DNA of 64,000 nucleotides from Tubulanus polymorphus (taxonomy: Eukaryota > Animalia > Nemertea), in NCBI RefSeq assembly GCF_964204645.1, contig NC_134026.1, positions 21,920,150 to 21,984,149 on the forward strand, given 5' to 3'. Below, piece after piece: positions 11,010-22,672 of this stretch (position 1 is the stretch's first letter; the number at the start of each line of letters is the position of its first letter). The notes beneath the pieces are model-generated. The model was not told the DNA's origin, did not search any database, and saw nothing but the letters and a program-made list of their open reading frames with translations. A program made the position numbers and the translations under genes.

Positions 11010-13522
11010 TATTATTATTACCCAGAGTTATGACCTAGTATCCTGGTTTTTTTCCCGCTGGCAAATAAAAAACATTCAACAGCGATGGGACGATGCCAAC
11101 AAAACGCGTGGCGTTGACTTCCCGTCAAACGAAGTCACAATCGGTCAAACAATGAACTAAAACAAAGCCGAACCGTAAAAACGTGCCGATCGTGTTTATT
11201 CGGCGGTTTCTATCTAAGCAATATTCCGCGCATGCATCGACGGCGTGGATACAAATCGCAACCAAAGCTCGCAAATCCAGCCGGTCGATCGGTTGGTAGT
11301 AAACGGTGGCGGCGACGACGACGAGTCGGACGGCAAATAATTCCCGATTCGATTTACGAGATTCATCGGTATACGCCGAACGAGCAATCAACGATTGGTA
11401 GATTTTCGCGAACGCGCGATAATGAAACCGCAGACCGACCGCGAGAACATGGTCAGCTAATGACCGAACGATCTCACGTAATGTTGTTAAGCTTCGTCTG
11501 CATATTCGAGCCTGTATTCATAGAAATGAATTCGTCTGAACCGGAGAGTGGCAATGGGAATAGAAACTCTCACCGGTATGATATCCTATGCCAACTGAAC
11601 CTTTCCAGCAAAGTGATGAATTATGCTAATGCATAGAATATATATAAACTGCTTCGACTTTAATTGCGGCTGTATACCATATTGTGGTGTTTACCTTCAA
11701 TAAAATATGCGCAAACTAGTCTTACCGCCGCACCTATCAGCATTAATATATTCCATATTTGAAATTAATATATTTGATGTTGAAATTAATTTCCAGTACG
11801 AAAAGTCTTCAATAAATTCATATCAAGCAAAGTAAATGTTCAAAATAATAATAACAAAATCTAATTGAGGCAAAATCTCACCTTTCTTTTCTTTTGAATT
11901 TAAGGTACACCGATTCATATAATGACCTAATCTTTCCTTCAATTTTGATCGCCTTTTTTCCAACTATACACTTTTCTAATCCGTCGCATGGATTAAAAAA
12001 TCAATTCTTTCGAGCTACCTTCCACGTATACAACAAATGGATAATATAAGGTATGGTACTATAAAAACAAATCGCTATGTTTACCATCAATACCATTTTC
12101 TTAATAAAATATACCAGGGAGGGATGATGGTGGCACTTCCACCGGTACTAAGTAAGAAAATTCAAAGGTCAGATATTTCAGGCTGGTACCTAGGAGGATG
12201 GTGTGGATGCAAGCACACCTCCCTGCGAGATCCCGAGTTCTGCTTATTTTTGTCAAAGAAAATTATTAGATTACATAAATGTTTCAGTGACTCTGTTATA
12301 AGAAATACTATCTTACATTGGCCGGAAATGCATCTAAAATGCTTCAAATTTTCAAAATTGTCTTTCCATACCCCTCGCCCGCTACTATGTCAAATAAGTT
12401 TTGTTAAATTCACACCCACCCACAACAAGTTTCAAATAAGGGATATTACCATAAACAGCATAAATGCTGCACAACAGCGAAACCGCTTGTGAATCTTTCG
12501 TAGAACCACTCCATAGGCGAGGTGACCAACGTGCCGAGTAACCATCCTAACTGCAATATCATCAGTAGCAACACATTTAGCGTCTAAGCCATAATTTCAC
12601 AATTGAAAAAATGATTTCATCAAGAATCATCGTTGCCAGTCTTTACATATTGAGCGGCAGAACTGCCTTTCAAACGTTCAATTCACAGACCATTATTCTA
12701 ATATTCTTACATTTCAAGAACATATGCATGCATATATATAGATATTCAAGCCACAGCCACAAAGGCTTGGAATTGAGAAAATAATTCATTGTAGGCGCAG
12801 ACGTCAAATTTGAAAGAACGCTAGCTCGTCAAATAATAAAAGTCATTGAAATATTTTCGACGTACTATTTGCGCTAACGCAAGGATTTAATTACCCCATA
12901 TATCGACAAGTGCCTTTCTTTGAACGTAACAAGTTTATATGCGGGGAAAAAAAAGAAAGCCATGTAAAAACCAAAGGTCATTTAAGGTATATGGAACTGG
13001 TTATTATGAACCAGATTGACGAATGTTGGTCGGCGCCAGATCTATGAAAGGACACATACCATCTGAACCCGAACCTTGCAAAACAAACTTTCTCAGGTCA
13101 TTTCACAATACAATAAAACCCACTATAACAGAATATACCCACTATTTCCTTGAAATGGAAATAGGCCTACTTCCGAAAACTGACTAAAATGGAGAAAAAG
13201 ATTTCTTCACATAAACTCGCTTTAAAAGTTTCACAATCCTTTGTTAGCTACATCTAAAATTAAACTGCTAAATATCAAAGTTATAAATTGAATCACATTG
13301 ATGTAAAATGTAAATTGTTTTAAAAACTGGCTTATTCTTACATATTTTTTTCATGTCAACCTGACTATCGATTTTAAAAAAAAGTTCATCTAAACAAACA
13401 ATTAAGAATGAAATGCTCACCTCACCTGCTCCCCGCCCACCCTCCGAAAGATTAACTTAAACTATAAATTGGCTAATTTTTTATCGATTTTCTTTTTTTG
13501 CGACGACAACCACCTCGCTCAC

Positions 13523-13648
13523 CTGTGAGTCGTACGGACGGACGGATGGATGGATCGTAGATGCCGACACAGACGAGTTCGGAAAAACGAAACAAAAAAT
13601 TCATTTTCGATCGCATTTATACAGCGTATAGAAACCGAAAGCAAGGTG
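13523..13648 (-). CDS. PDE4: Candidate 126-nt symmetric (phase 2-2) cassette exon; alternatively a phase-1 first exon from the ATG at 13616 or 13604
   Basis: Acceptor ATCTTTCCTCAG|, donor CAG|GTGAGC; only the phase-2 frame is open end to end (TLLSVSIRC...PSVRTTH). Confidence 0.4.
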
Positions 13649-13939
13649 CTGAGGAAAGATAGCGCCGATTAATCGATTTGGAATAAATAAATCCCTTCGG
13701 AATTATAGAAAATGTCATTGCGCTAAAAATCCAATATATTCAATGCGGGACAGAAAATCCGCGCTGATATCTAAAAGGTTTATTTGCATTGTACGAAGTC
13801 GCCACTTTTATTGACTTTCTTTTACCCTGACGTGCAAGTTGTTTTCCCTAACTTGAATGCGCTAAGAATCCAATCCATTAACACACAGCCAAATACATAA
13901 GACAGACGGAAACAGTTTGATTATCTAGCAATCTCAACA

Positions 13940-14122
13940 AATTTCCCCGACTTTTCCCTAAATCTTGAACTGTTTAACAAAATTTCCAGACCATTCCCTG
14001 ACTTTCTTTAAGAAAAGAAATTTCCCTGACTTATTGCTATTTTCCCCCCAAAATTTCCTGACTTTCATAAAGAAAAAAATTTCCCTGCCGTTTCCCTGAT
14101 TTCCAGGTAAGTGGGCACCCTG
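13940..14122. mobile_element. Partial MITE with TTTCCCTGAC subrepeats ending GTGGGCACCCTG
   Basis: Repeated TTTCCC(T/C)GAC motifs; terminus similar to the element at 19138-19358. Confidence 0.6.
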
Positions 14123-15576
14123 TTGTACAGTTTAATTACTTAGTTTTTTTGTGAACTAATTTTCAATATTTGAGTGCTTATTGATTTTTCTACGCTTCTC
14201 TCCACAGCAACAACAACAACAACAACAACGGAAGATCTGCAGCGGTGGCGGCGATGTCGTCGATAATATATTAACGTTAGACGATGATGATTACGCCGAT
14301 TTCCGGCGCTGCTTCGCGCCAGATAAGAGCTCCATTAACGCGTAATCGCGCCGTACCACGCGACTGATAATACGTCTATATCGAGACTGATTAATATAAA
14401 AAGACTTAGCCCGCCGGGTAATTGTTTCGAAATAAGAGAACGTAAACAAAACCATCGACTTACAATATAAAATCTATTATTGCTTATGATGACGATGATA
14501 ATGATGATGAACGCTCATCATACATCGACGGTGATTAATCGGGAATGAACGGTCCCTTCGTATTTCTGATGCATCAGGCGAAGTAATATTCGATAACTAA
14601 TTGCATCGGTAAATATATCGACTGACGAATTTTCGCGTCTGGCAACTCATCCGTTCTCGTAACTCAGCATCGTCGTAAAGAGTTACGCGCGCAGCGTCGC
14701 AAACGCGAATATTGGATGCTGTTTACCGCGCTCAATATCTTTCGTTTAATTGCGGCTGCAAATATACCGGCTGGAGAAAATTTAATGTTTGGCAACTCGT
14801 CACTGCTCTTATTACCGGCGACACCGTAAAATGTTACACGCACTCCTATAATCTGGAAAATTGGATGGCTCGATGCTCGGTAATAAAGCTCTCGAATTAG
14901 GTTGGTTCCTGGTAAGAATACTAGATGGCGACAGTGACCAATACGTTAATTTCATACTCCCTGAATTAGTGTTCCAACACTAGATGGCGAACGTGAGAAA
15001 AGTGCATATCTTGAAAATACCTAAGCACAGATTTTAAGTTGATTTTCAAAACGTTTCCACGATCAGAAGAAATTTGATCTTTTCACCTAAATACTAAAAT
15101 GCCAATTAATTCTATATTCTTCTGATCTGTATTGTTGACTACCTATCTATCTAACTACATTGTATTTATCTATCTAAATAAGAACTAATAAATTAACGAC
15201 GTCAAAAAGAGCAAAAAATAAAACACATTCTCCTCATTACATGATGTGTTGCGTGTGTTTGTGACTAGTAGTTAGCCAACAAAGTCACTTTTACCGACTG
15301 TCAACGATGTTGTCTTTAATGCATCAGTCATTGATTGTCAGGCGAAGTACATTACATGACAAATTGCAGACTCCGTCGGGCAAAAACACGAACCCAACTG
15401 CAATACGCGAAATGGGATGGACGTGGATGGGAGTTCATCAATTACGCATAAAAATACTACAGAGAAATACATGCGAGGATCGAGTATCGTCACGTATGTG
15501 GCCGACCATCACATCGAAAAAACCATAGATTCGACTTACAGTTTATTACCACTGGTTGCACAGTTCGGACTTCATT

Positions 15577-15618
15577 ACTTACCTAAAAGATAAGAATAAG
15601 AACATAGCAATAAGTCAC
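15577..15618 (-). other. Juxtaposed 3' and 5' splice sites (TTCTTATTCTTATCTTTTAG|GTAAGT): candidate recursive splice site, or micro first exon MFLFLSF(S)
   Basis: Long polypyrimidine tract plus AG (15584-15583) immediately followed by a perfect GTAAGT on the PDE4 strand. Confidence 0.5.
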
Positions 15619-16914
15619 CGGGTTCGACTAGGAAAAAAAGTATTCAACATACGAAGCCATCGCTTGAATACGCAAAATATACAAGGGAATTAGCAGGCGA
15701 AACCAAGTCGCGAAGTTGTACAGATACAGAGTTCGCCGCGGCGTCCATCCGTATTAAACAGGGATTCCGAAAATGGAGTTGCTCCCAAATCCAATAAAGC
15801 CATACATGACATGCATATACCAAACATGTAATCTCTTCAATTCGAACTTACGGAAATTACTAATAAGGTTAGACTGGCACAGAACGGGGTTTGTCGTAAT
15901 GCTTAGCCGCATTCATACAACTTCTCAAGAAAATCGAATTACTCTCAAGGCTTATTCCAATATGAAGGGGTATAATCAAACGCGACCAAATATATGATAG
16001 GTTGAATTTGAATTGAAATAATTCTCTACATCAAATAATCTAGATTTTGGGAGAAATCAAGATGCTAATGGTCCTCCCCCTGTATCAATATAAAGACTAT
16101 CCATTGTATTTTGATGGGTTTATTCATCTTATTCAGTTCTTGATTCACTTCATTCCTACTCATTAAAAACTTTGAGGTTCAGGTATTTTTTTGCAGAACA
16201 AAAAACATCGAAGGATCTGACAGAGTAATGGTGTCAAGGTCGACGTGAACCTAGATGTCACTGAACTTGATTCTAAGATGCTTCATGGCACGCAGCAGCC
16301 GTACATGTCAGGTAGATCAAGTGATCTACACCGGAATGCAAACTGCATATTATTCAGATCATTAGTGACATCACTCAGGTAACACCACTGAGCTATGATA
16401 CGATATCAAACTTTCACGAAGATGCATCATGAGCTGTGCATGGCTACGTAACAGGAACAAGTTTGCGAGAAATATCTTGCAGATCGCATTGTTGGACTTT
16501 CGTCAAATCTGACAGCAGCATTTAAGCTCATCTGCCCTTTTTATTTAAACAATGGGATGGTGTCACTTGATCTACGACCCTGCCAAGATTATCCAAGCTA
16601 GACATTACATTGATTTACAGATAAAAATATGAAAGACACACAAAATCATTTATCGAATTTTTCGATGACTAATCAGTCCATGATTCACAAACCAATTTCC
16701 GTGATTTTTGTAGATGAATCAATTGATTGGGCAGGACTGATTAACCGCTCAATTATGCAACTGTGATGTTATTGCATAACGTCTATTTTTCTTCGCATAG
16801 GAGGAAAAAAATGTTTTGCGTGCAACTTTTGTAGACAAACAAAAAAAAGAATCAATACGAGTCAGAGCAATTATGTATACTGCTTCAGCGCGTCCACTTC
16901 TATTTCCCAGGTTA

Positions 16915-16917
<3 letters not shown>

Positions 16918-16983
<66 letters not shown>
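16918..16983. repeat. (AT)n microsatellite
   Basis: About 33 perfect AT units. Confidence 0.98.
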
Positions 16984-16987
<4 letters not shown>

Positions 16988-17079
16988 ACACCACGTACTG
17001 TAATCCATTGAATAAACTATAAGATAATGTATGCACTAAGCCTAAGTAATCATTTTAGTCTACCGTAAAGGAAGGAGAC

Positions 17080-18506
17080 GATCTTTATCCGAGCTAAAGA
17101 AAGTTAATCCCTGTGAGAGAGACATCGACTAATAGCATCTCGAGTTACAAAACAATATTATCTTCTGAAGCATCCATATCAGTCGTTATTACGGCCAAGT
17201 CTCCAGACGATAAACGTTCGTTCGGCGAGGAAGTATTAAAAACCGGTTTCATCATGAGAAATTGATGTTTGACTCAATAAAATGTATATTACACATCACG
17301 CATTACACTAAGCTCTATAAATCCGGTGTCGGGGAAATGGCGGTAGACTTTTTTCGTCTTCGCCAACGCAGTAGCCAAACCGTCGGAAATTTTCTCTAAA
17401 GGCTCGTTGAAACAAGTCTAGACCAATATCCGATATCGTTATCGCCGGACGGTCGCGGCGAGAGCTAGGTAGATCTTCGGAGTTCGTCGCAAATTACAGC
17501 TCTTCCGCTCATTAAGCTTCAAGGCCTCGTTGGACATTTCTTTATGGGAATTTGGCTGATATGCACTGGAAAAAGGAAATTCCGCATCGGAGCATTCAGC
17601 CGCGAATGAACTTTCCGTCCTATCGATATCAATCAATATGCACTCAAGATCGTATCCCGTTGTCGATCATGGTCACAGGGTCTTAATGGGATTGATTTGT
17701 TATCGGTTGGAAGGGAATTGTACTTTGACCTACGAGATATAAACAGGTGATAATCGATATGCCTTGGCACTGTCATGTTCAATAATCCATTTCAGATCTT
17801 TATCCGAGCTAAAGAAAGTTAATCCCTGTGAGAGAGACATCGACTAATAGCATCTCGAGTTACAAAACAATATTATCTTCTGAAGCATCCATATCAGTCG
17901 TTATTACGGCCAAGTCTCCAGACGATAAACGTTCGTTCGGCGAGGAAGTATTAAAAACCGGTTTCATCATGAGAAATTGATGTTTGACTCAATAAAATGT
18001 ATATTACACATCACGCATTACACTAAGCTCTATAAATCCGGTGTCGGGGAAATGGCGGTAGACTTTTTTCGTCTTCGCCAACGCAGTAGCCAAACCGTCG
18101 GAAATTTTCTCTAAAGGCTCGTTGAAACAAGTCTAGACCAATATCCGATATCGTTATCGCCGGACGGTCGCGGCGAGAGCTAGGTAGATCTTCGGAGTTC
18201 GTCGCAAATTACAGCTCTTCCGCTCATTAAGCTTCAAGGCCTCGGACATTTCTTTATGGGAATTTGGCTGATATGCACTGGAAAAAGGAAATTCCGCATC
18301 GGAGCATTCAGCCGCGAATGAACTTTCCGTCCTATCGATATCAATCAATATGCACTCAAGATCGTATCCCGTTGTCGATCATGGTCACAGGGTCTTAATG
18401 GGATTGATTTGTTATCGGTTGGAAGGGAATTGTACTTTGACCTACGAGATATAAACAGGTGATAATCGATATGCCTTGGCACTGTCATGTTCAATAATCC
18501 ATTTCA
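17080..18506. repeat. Head-to-tail tandem duplication, units 17080-17794 (715 bp) and 17795-18506 (712 bp)
   Basis: Copies appear identical by eye except for a 3-bp indel (CCTCGTTGGAC vs CCTCGGAC); duplicated ORFs are offset by exactly 715. Confidence 0.97.
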
Positions 18507-19137
18507 GACTTGAACTGACGCTGAACTTTCGCCCAACTAATATCTGACTTAAAGGATCAGTAAGAGATATCCCTCTTGGATGCATAGGTTTAGATGGGCT
18601 CGCTTATGCTGGATTTCCATTGCCCAGTTTGTCTGTCATCTGGGTAACAACGTATTAACCCTGCCTTATCTCTAGCTTGATGGTGCAGTCGACAGTTTGT
18701 AAACTTGTTAGCATAGGCAGCAGTTCTCAAAATCATTACACACAAGGTTTCATGTGTAACAACTTCAGCCATTTAAAATTCTACAAGCAAACAAAGTGGC
18801 TTTTGGTATATCGACCACGAACCCTCGAAGAGCATGCAGCGGCCAACATTACTCGGGGTGCTTATTGTTTGCTCTTGATTAACTTCTGTTGGATTAAATG
18901 TTGTTACAAGGTTAACGTCAGTAATGGTTGGATCTCTAATCGAAGTTGTTGATAATCACCCAAAGGTAGATGATTAGGGGATTCAAAGAAAAATATTGAT
19001 ACATGAAGTTGTTCGCCCTTTCTCGGCCTGGGTTTATGCCAAATAAGATGGAAAGCATAATTTCTCTTTATGATGTTTAGGTTGAAGAAACGAAGAAAAA
19101 AGCAGGTGCTTTGGGGATTGGTTTCTCAGTGACAAAC

Positions 19138-19358
19138 CAGGGTGGCCACTTTTATTTGACTCGCTTTTACCCCGACTATTCCCTGAAATGCGCGTTGTTT
19201 TTCCCTGACTCGATCCGCTAAGAATCCACACAATTATCACAGTCTAAGACAGAAACTGATTGATTTTACACGCGATCTAACAATGTCATTAAATTTCCCT
19301 GATTTTTTTTTTTCAAAGACGAGAAATTTCCCCGATTTCCAGGCAAGTGGCCGCCCTG
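19138..19358. mobile_element. MITE with CAGGGTGGCCAC / GTGGCCGCCCTG terminal inverted repeats
   Basis: 12-bp TIRs with one mismatch and TTTCCCTGA subrepeats; no TSD seen. Confidence 0.7.
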
Positions 19359-20510
19359 CCGTCAATTTGGGTTGGGAGAAGGTTGAAAATAGCAACGAAC
19401 GAAAAATAGAATTCGATTCCAATCAAGAAGATGTTTCCAGCTATCATACACAGCGCTCGGGGATAGAAACACAAGCGCGTCGCTATTAAAAACCGCAACT
19501 TCAAAGACGCGCCATATAATCGAGAGAATCGGATTGATTGTGTGACCACGAAGTTAATATGTTCGTTTTCGTGACGTTTTCTTTCGAACAACCGAAGCGA
19601 ACCGATCCTCGATCAGAGATCTATGCATACAAATGTGATCTTAATGGATTCTTCGCTTAGTTAGTCACGTGATAATTAACAAGACAAGAGATCCACGCGC
19701 GCAACTAGAAGCAAACTGACAAGACAAATTCATTAGATGAAAATGCACGACATTCAAACGATATTGCCTGGAAACATCCGTAACAATGTCAAGTCAAGCA
19801 TCCGTAACAATATGAAGTCAAGCTAGATGTTCAGTTTGAATCTATGTATATTGAGAATGATCTTATAATTGGATCTACTTGAGACGGTACCTCACTGGCA
19901 GCAGCATTGTAGAGATGTTAGTTAAAACCAGGCTAAGCTTAGAACAACGAGATTTTTCAATCCAGAGCTACTAGATTGAACCCTGGTGCCGAGGGGTGAC
20001 TGTTGATCGCCGGTTGATAGCAACTTGCAATAGGGAAGCGATTTACAGACCAGAATTAACAAAATCAAACAATACCGTTCTAAGGTTAGGACTACTTTCA
20101 CGAAGGACAGCCATATGGTCTGAACTAGAGCGCGCCGAAAGAATACTTTGATCTATCAGCGCAATTTTGTTGGTCGAAAAAAATTTTTCTATCACCATTG
20201 ATGGGAGCAACTTCACTGTGAACGAAATGTTTGATATTGTCCCTTGCAATCTAAGGCTGGCGAAGGTTGACTCACAACTGCTGTGATTGTCCATAACCGT
20301 GTGCGACAGAGTATGTCACTTGTGAGGGGAGATGGTCAAGGCAAATGGCAGAAAGTAGCTCATTGTGACCATCCTCGCTTGCCAGGGTTTGATTATCATC
20401 TGCCGAAGCTCATATCAACACAAACCCTGCTGCAAACCCTTCATTGGTCTATTACATTGCCCAAGATTTCATGGCCGAACTGGTTGCAGCTGAGCAGCCC
20501 ACCAGTCTAC

Positions 20511-20577
20511 GTATTAAGCCAATCAGATGCGTAGCGATTCTGCCCGAGAAAAACAACGCATCTGATTGGCTTAATAC
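20511..20577. repeat. Perfect 22-bp inverted repeat with a 23-nt spacer
   Basis: GTATTAAGCCAATCAGATGCGT ... ACGCATCTGATTGGCTTAATAC. Confidence 0.9.
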
Positions 20578-21244
20578 TGGCAAGTGAGGATGCATTGTGA
20601 CAGGCAGTCCCCAGGTGAATCAGTTCCCTGGTCTTTGTGACGCGAGTGTCAGTATGGTCGCAGAAAATCTTGTTGCAACGAGTCGCTGGGCCGACTCACA
20701 TCCGCCTAAAAACTATGATCAGTTGCAGTTGCTTGAGCCTACAGATGAAAATTTAGGGGAAACCCATGTTTCTTTCAAAATGTGGAAAATGGATCGAAGA
20801 ATGGATGATGCTTTAATTAATGATTTGTAAATAATGATTTTTTCATATTGGAAACATTAGCACTTAAATTCGCTTCATTTGTATATGAATAGGCTCAGCG
20901 TATGGCTGTGGGCCTAAAAATCAAAAAAGGCTTAAAAGGTGTTGTGCTGTGGCCAAGGGCTTGTACTCAGAAATACATTAGTTTTGTCAGAAATGTACAA
21001 TATCACCCGAGGCAAAACAGAGATCAGTATACATGTATAAATAAACATTGTTTCATGCTATCAGACTTTCCTATTACAGATAAAATTGAACTCTGCATTC
21101 GATATTTAAAAAGGTCTATTTACGTAAGTAATTCAAATTGTACCTTCAGCTTCGCAACATGCCTTGAAAATAGCCCGCAGTAAATACGTGATCAGCGCAT
21201 CTAACGCATGATAACTGGTGTCATTAGTGTGTTGCGTTATGAAA

Positions 21245-21252
21245 TGACGTCA
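21245..21252. promoter_or_regulatory. Single perfect CRE palindrome
   Basis: TGACGTCA; a single copy could be chance. Confidence 0.3.
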
Positions 21253-21707
21253 ATTGTTGGCAGAGACGAAGGAAGTCGATGCTGATGAAAACAGGACATG
21301 ATGTATCAGCAGCCATTGTAGAAGATGGGAGACAATTACGAATTAGCGCCTAATCACCTAAACAATGTTCCAGGCATCGTACCTCCTATTTTGTATGTTG
21401 GTTTTACTATCATTATCAGTCACGTATCTCCTAGGGAACATATTTTGCTCCATGGAGTGATTATTTTTCAATTTGTTACACCTTCGTAGTTAGGCGAAAA
21501 AGTTCGATACGACATGGATCCGGAGCAATGAAGAAGTAATTTTCATAATGAATTGACTAATTCATCAGTTTATGTACACTTTTTGCAAATAGCTTCCATC
21601 TTAGGTCTTGTTTTTGGGCATGTCAAATTACCCCATATCTGCTTGTTATGCGGACCCTTATGTATAGCATATTCCAAGAACTGAGATATTACTATAAGGT
21701 TGCCCTC

Positions 21708-21856
<149 letters not shown>

Positions 21857-22440
21857 AGCGAAAGCACATTGATATATATATATTGATCTAAATTTAAAAA
21901 ATAAATGATAATGATAATAAGGGTTGCCCATTGAGCGATGAAAAATGAAGCTCTTTAAAGCTTATGTGGGGGATATGCGCGAAGAAACTTAATCAGCTAT
22001 TCCATGTTTTCATATTATAACAAGAGATTAAAATCATGTTTCCTAAATGCCTTCTTACATCGAAAAATACTGAAATCTCGCGCGACATTCTACATTCAAC
22101 CATAGAGCTGAAACAAACTTTCGCGATAAAACAAAACCCCAAAGCATTGCACATTCTTAAAAACCAGATATGAAAACCTTGATACTTTCTAATATCTTTA
22201 ACTGGTTTCAAACGCAGCGGAGAAACTTTGTTCTCTAATCTATCAAACCCACGTTATTTCCGGTGCATTCCGTGGGTTGAATGAACATCAATCTCAATCC
22301 AAGACCGACACAGTCGAAACCATGCTCTGAATATTAATGATTTTTGTCAATTTACAGCATTATCAGGAACGGGTTTTTCACCAATGATTCAAATGTCATT
22401 GTCTTACTAACATTTCGAAATACTTTTTGATAGATTATTA

Positions 22441-22672
22441 CGTGCCAAATTTGGTACGACCAAAAACGTCTGAACAGGCGCGAGCCAAATCTTGCGTTAG
22501 AATTGCAACTGGTTCCGGAATTGACTCACTTCGCTTTGATTAAGCATTGTTTAGTATCAAGTGAGTGGTGTATGTGTGAACCCGATCTCTAATTAGGAAC
22601 AGGCCAAATTTCGCTCGAGCCTGATCCGTGCCAATTTAGCCCAGGCCACATCACCTCTGCGTGATCGCGGCT
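22441..22672 (-). mobile_element. MITE family A, truncated copy, reverse orientation
   Basis: Ends in GTGATCGCGGCT; interior is the reverse complement of the 50915 and 59371 copies. Confidence 0.85.

Noticed and set aside
9813-11160. Plus-strand ORFs 9813-10085, 9893-10105, 10675-11160
   Set aside because: Antisense shadows of the GC-rich PDE4 leader exon
17439-18348. Duplicated 65/64-aa ORFs as a tandem gene pair
   Set aside because: TTG starts and no homology; explained by the DNA duplication
20043-20294. 83-aa minus ORF ending CT|GTAAAT (phase 2)
   Set aside because: Weak donor; any ORF ending in G-TAA mimics a phase-2 donor
20694-20716. Possible 6-nt microexon (TTTTTAG|GCGGAT|GTGAGT)
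   Set aside because: Short pyrimidine tract; easily arises by chance
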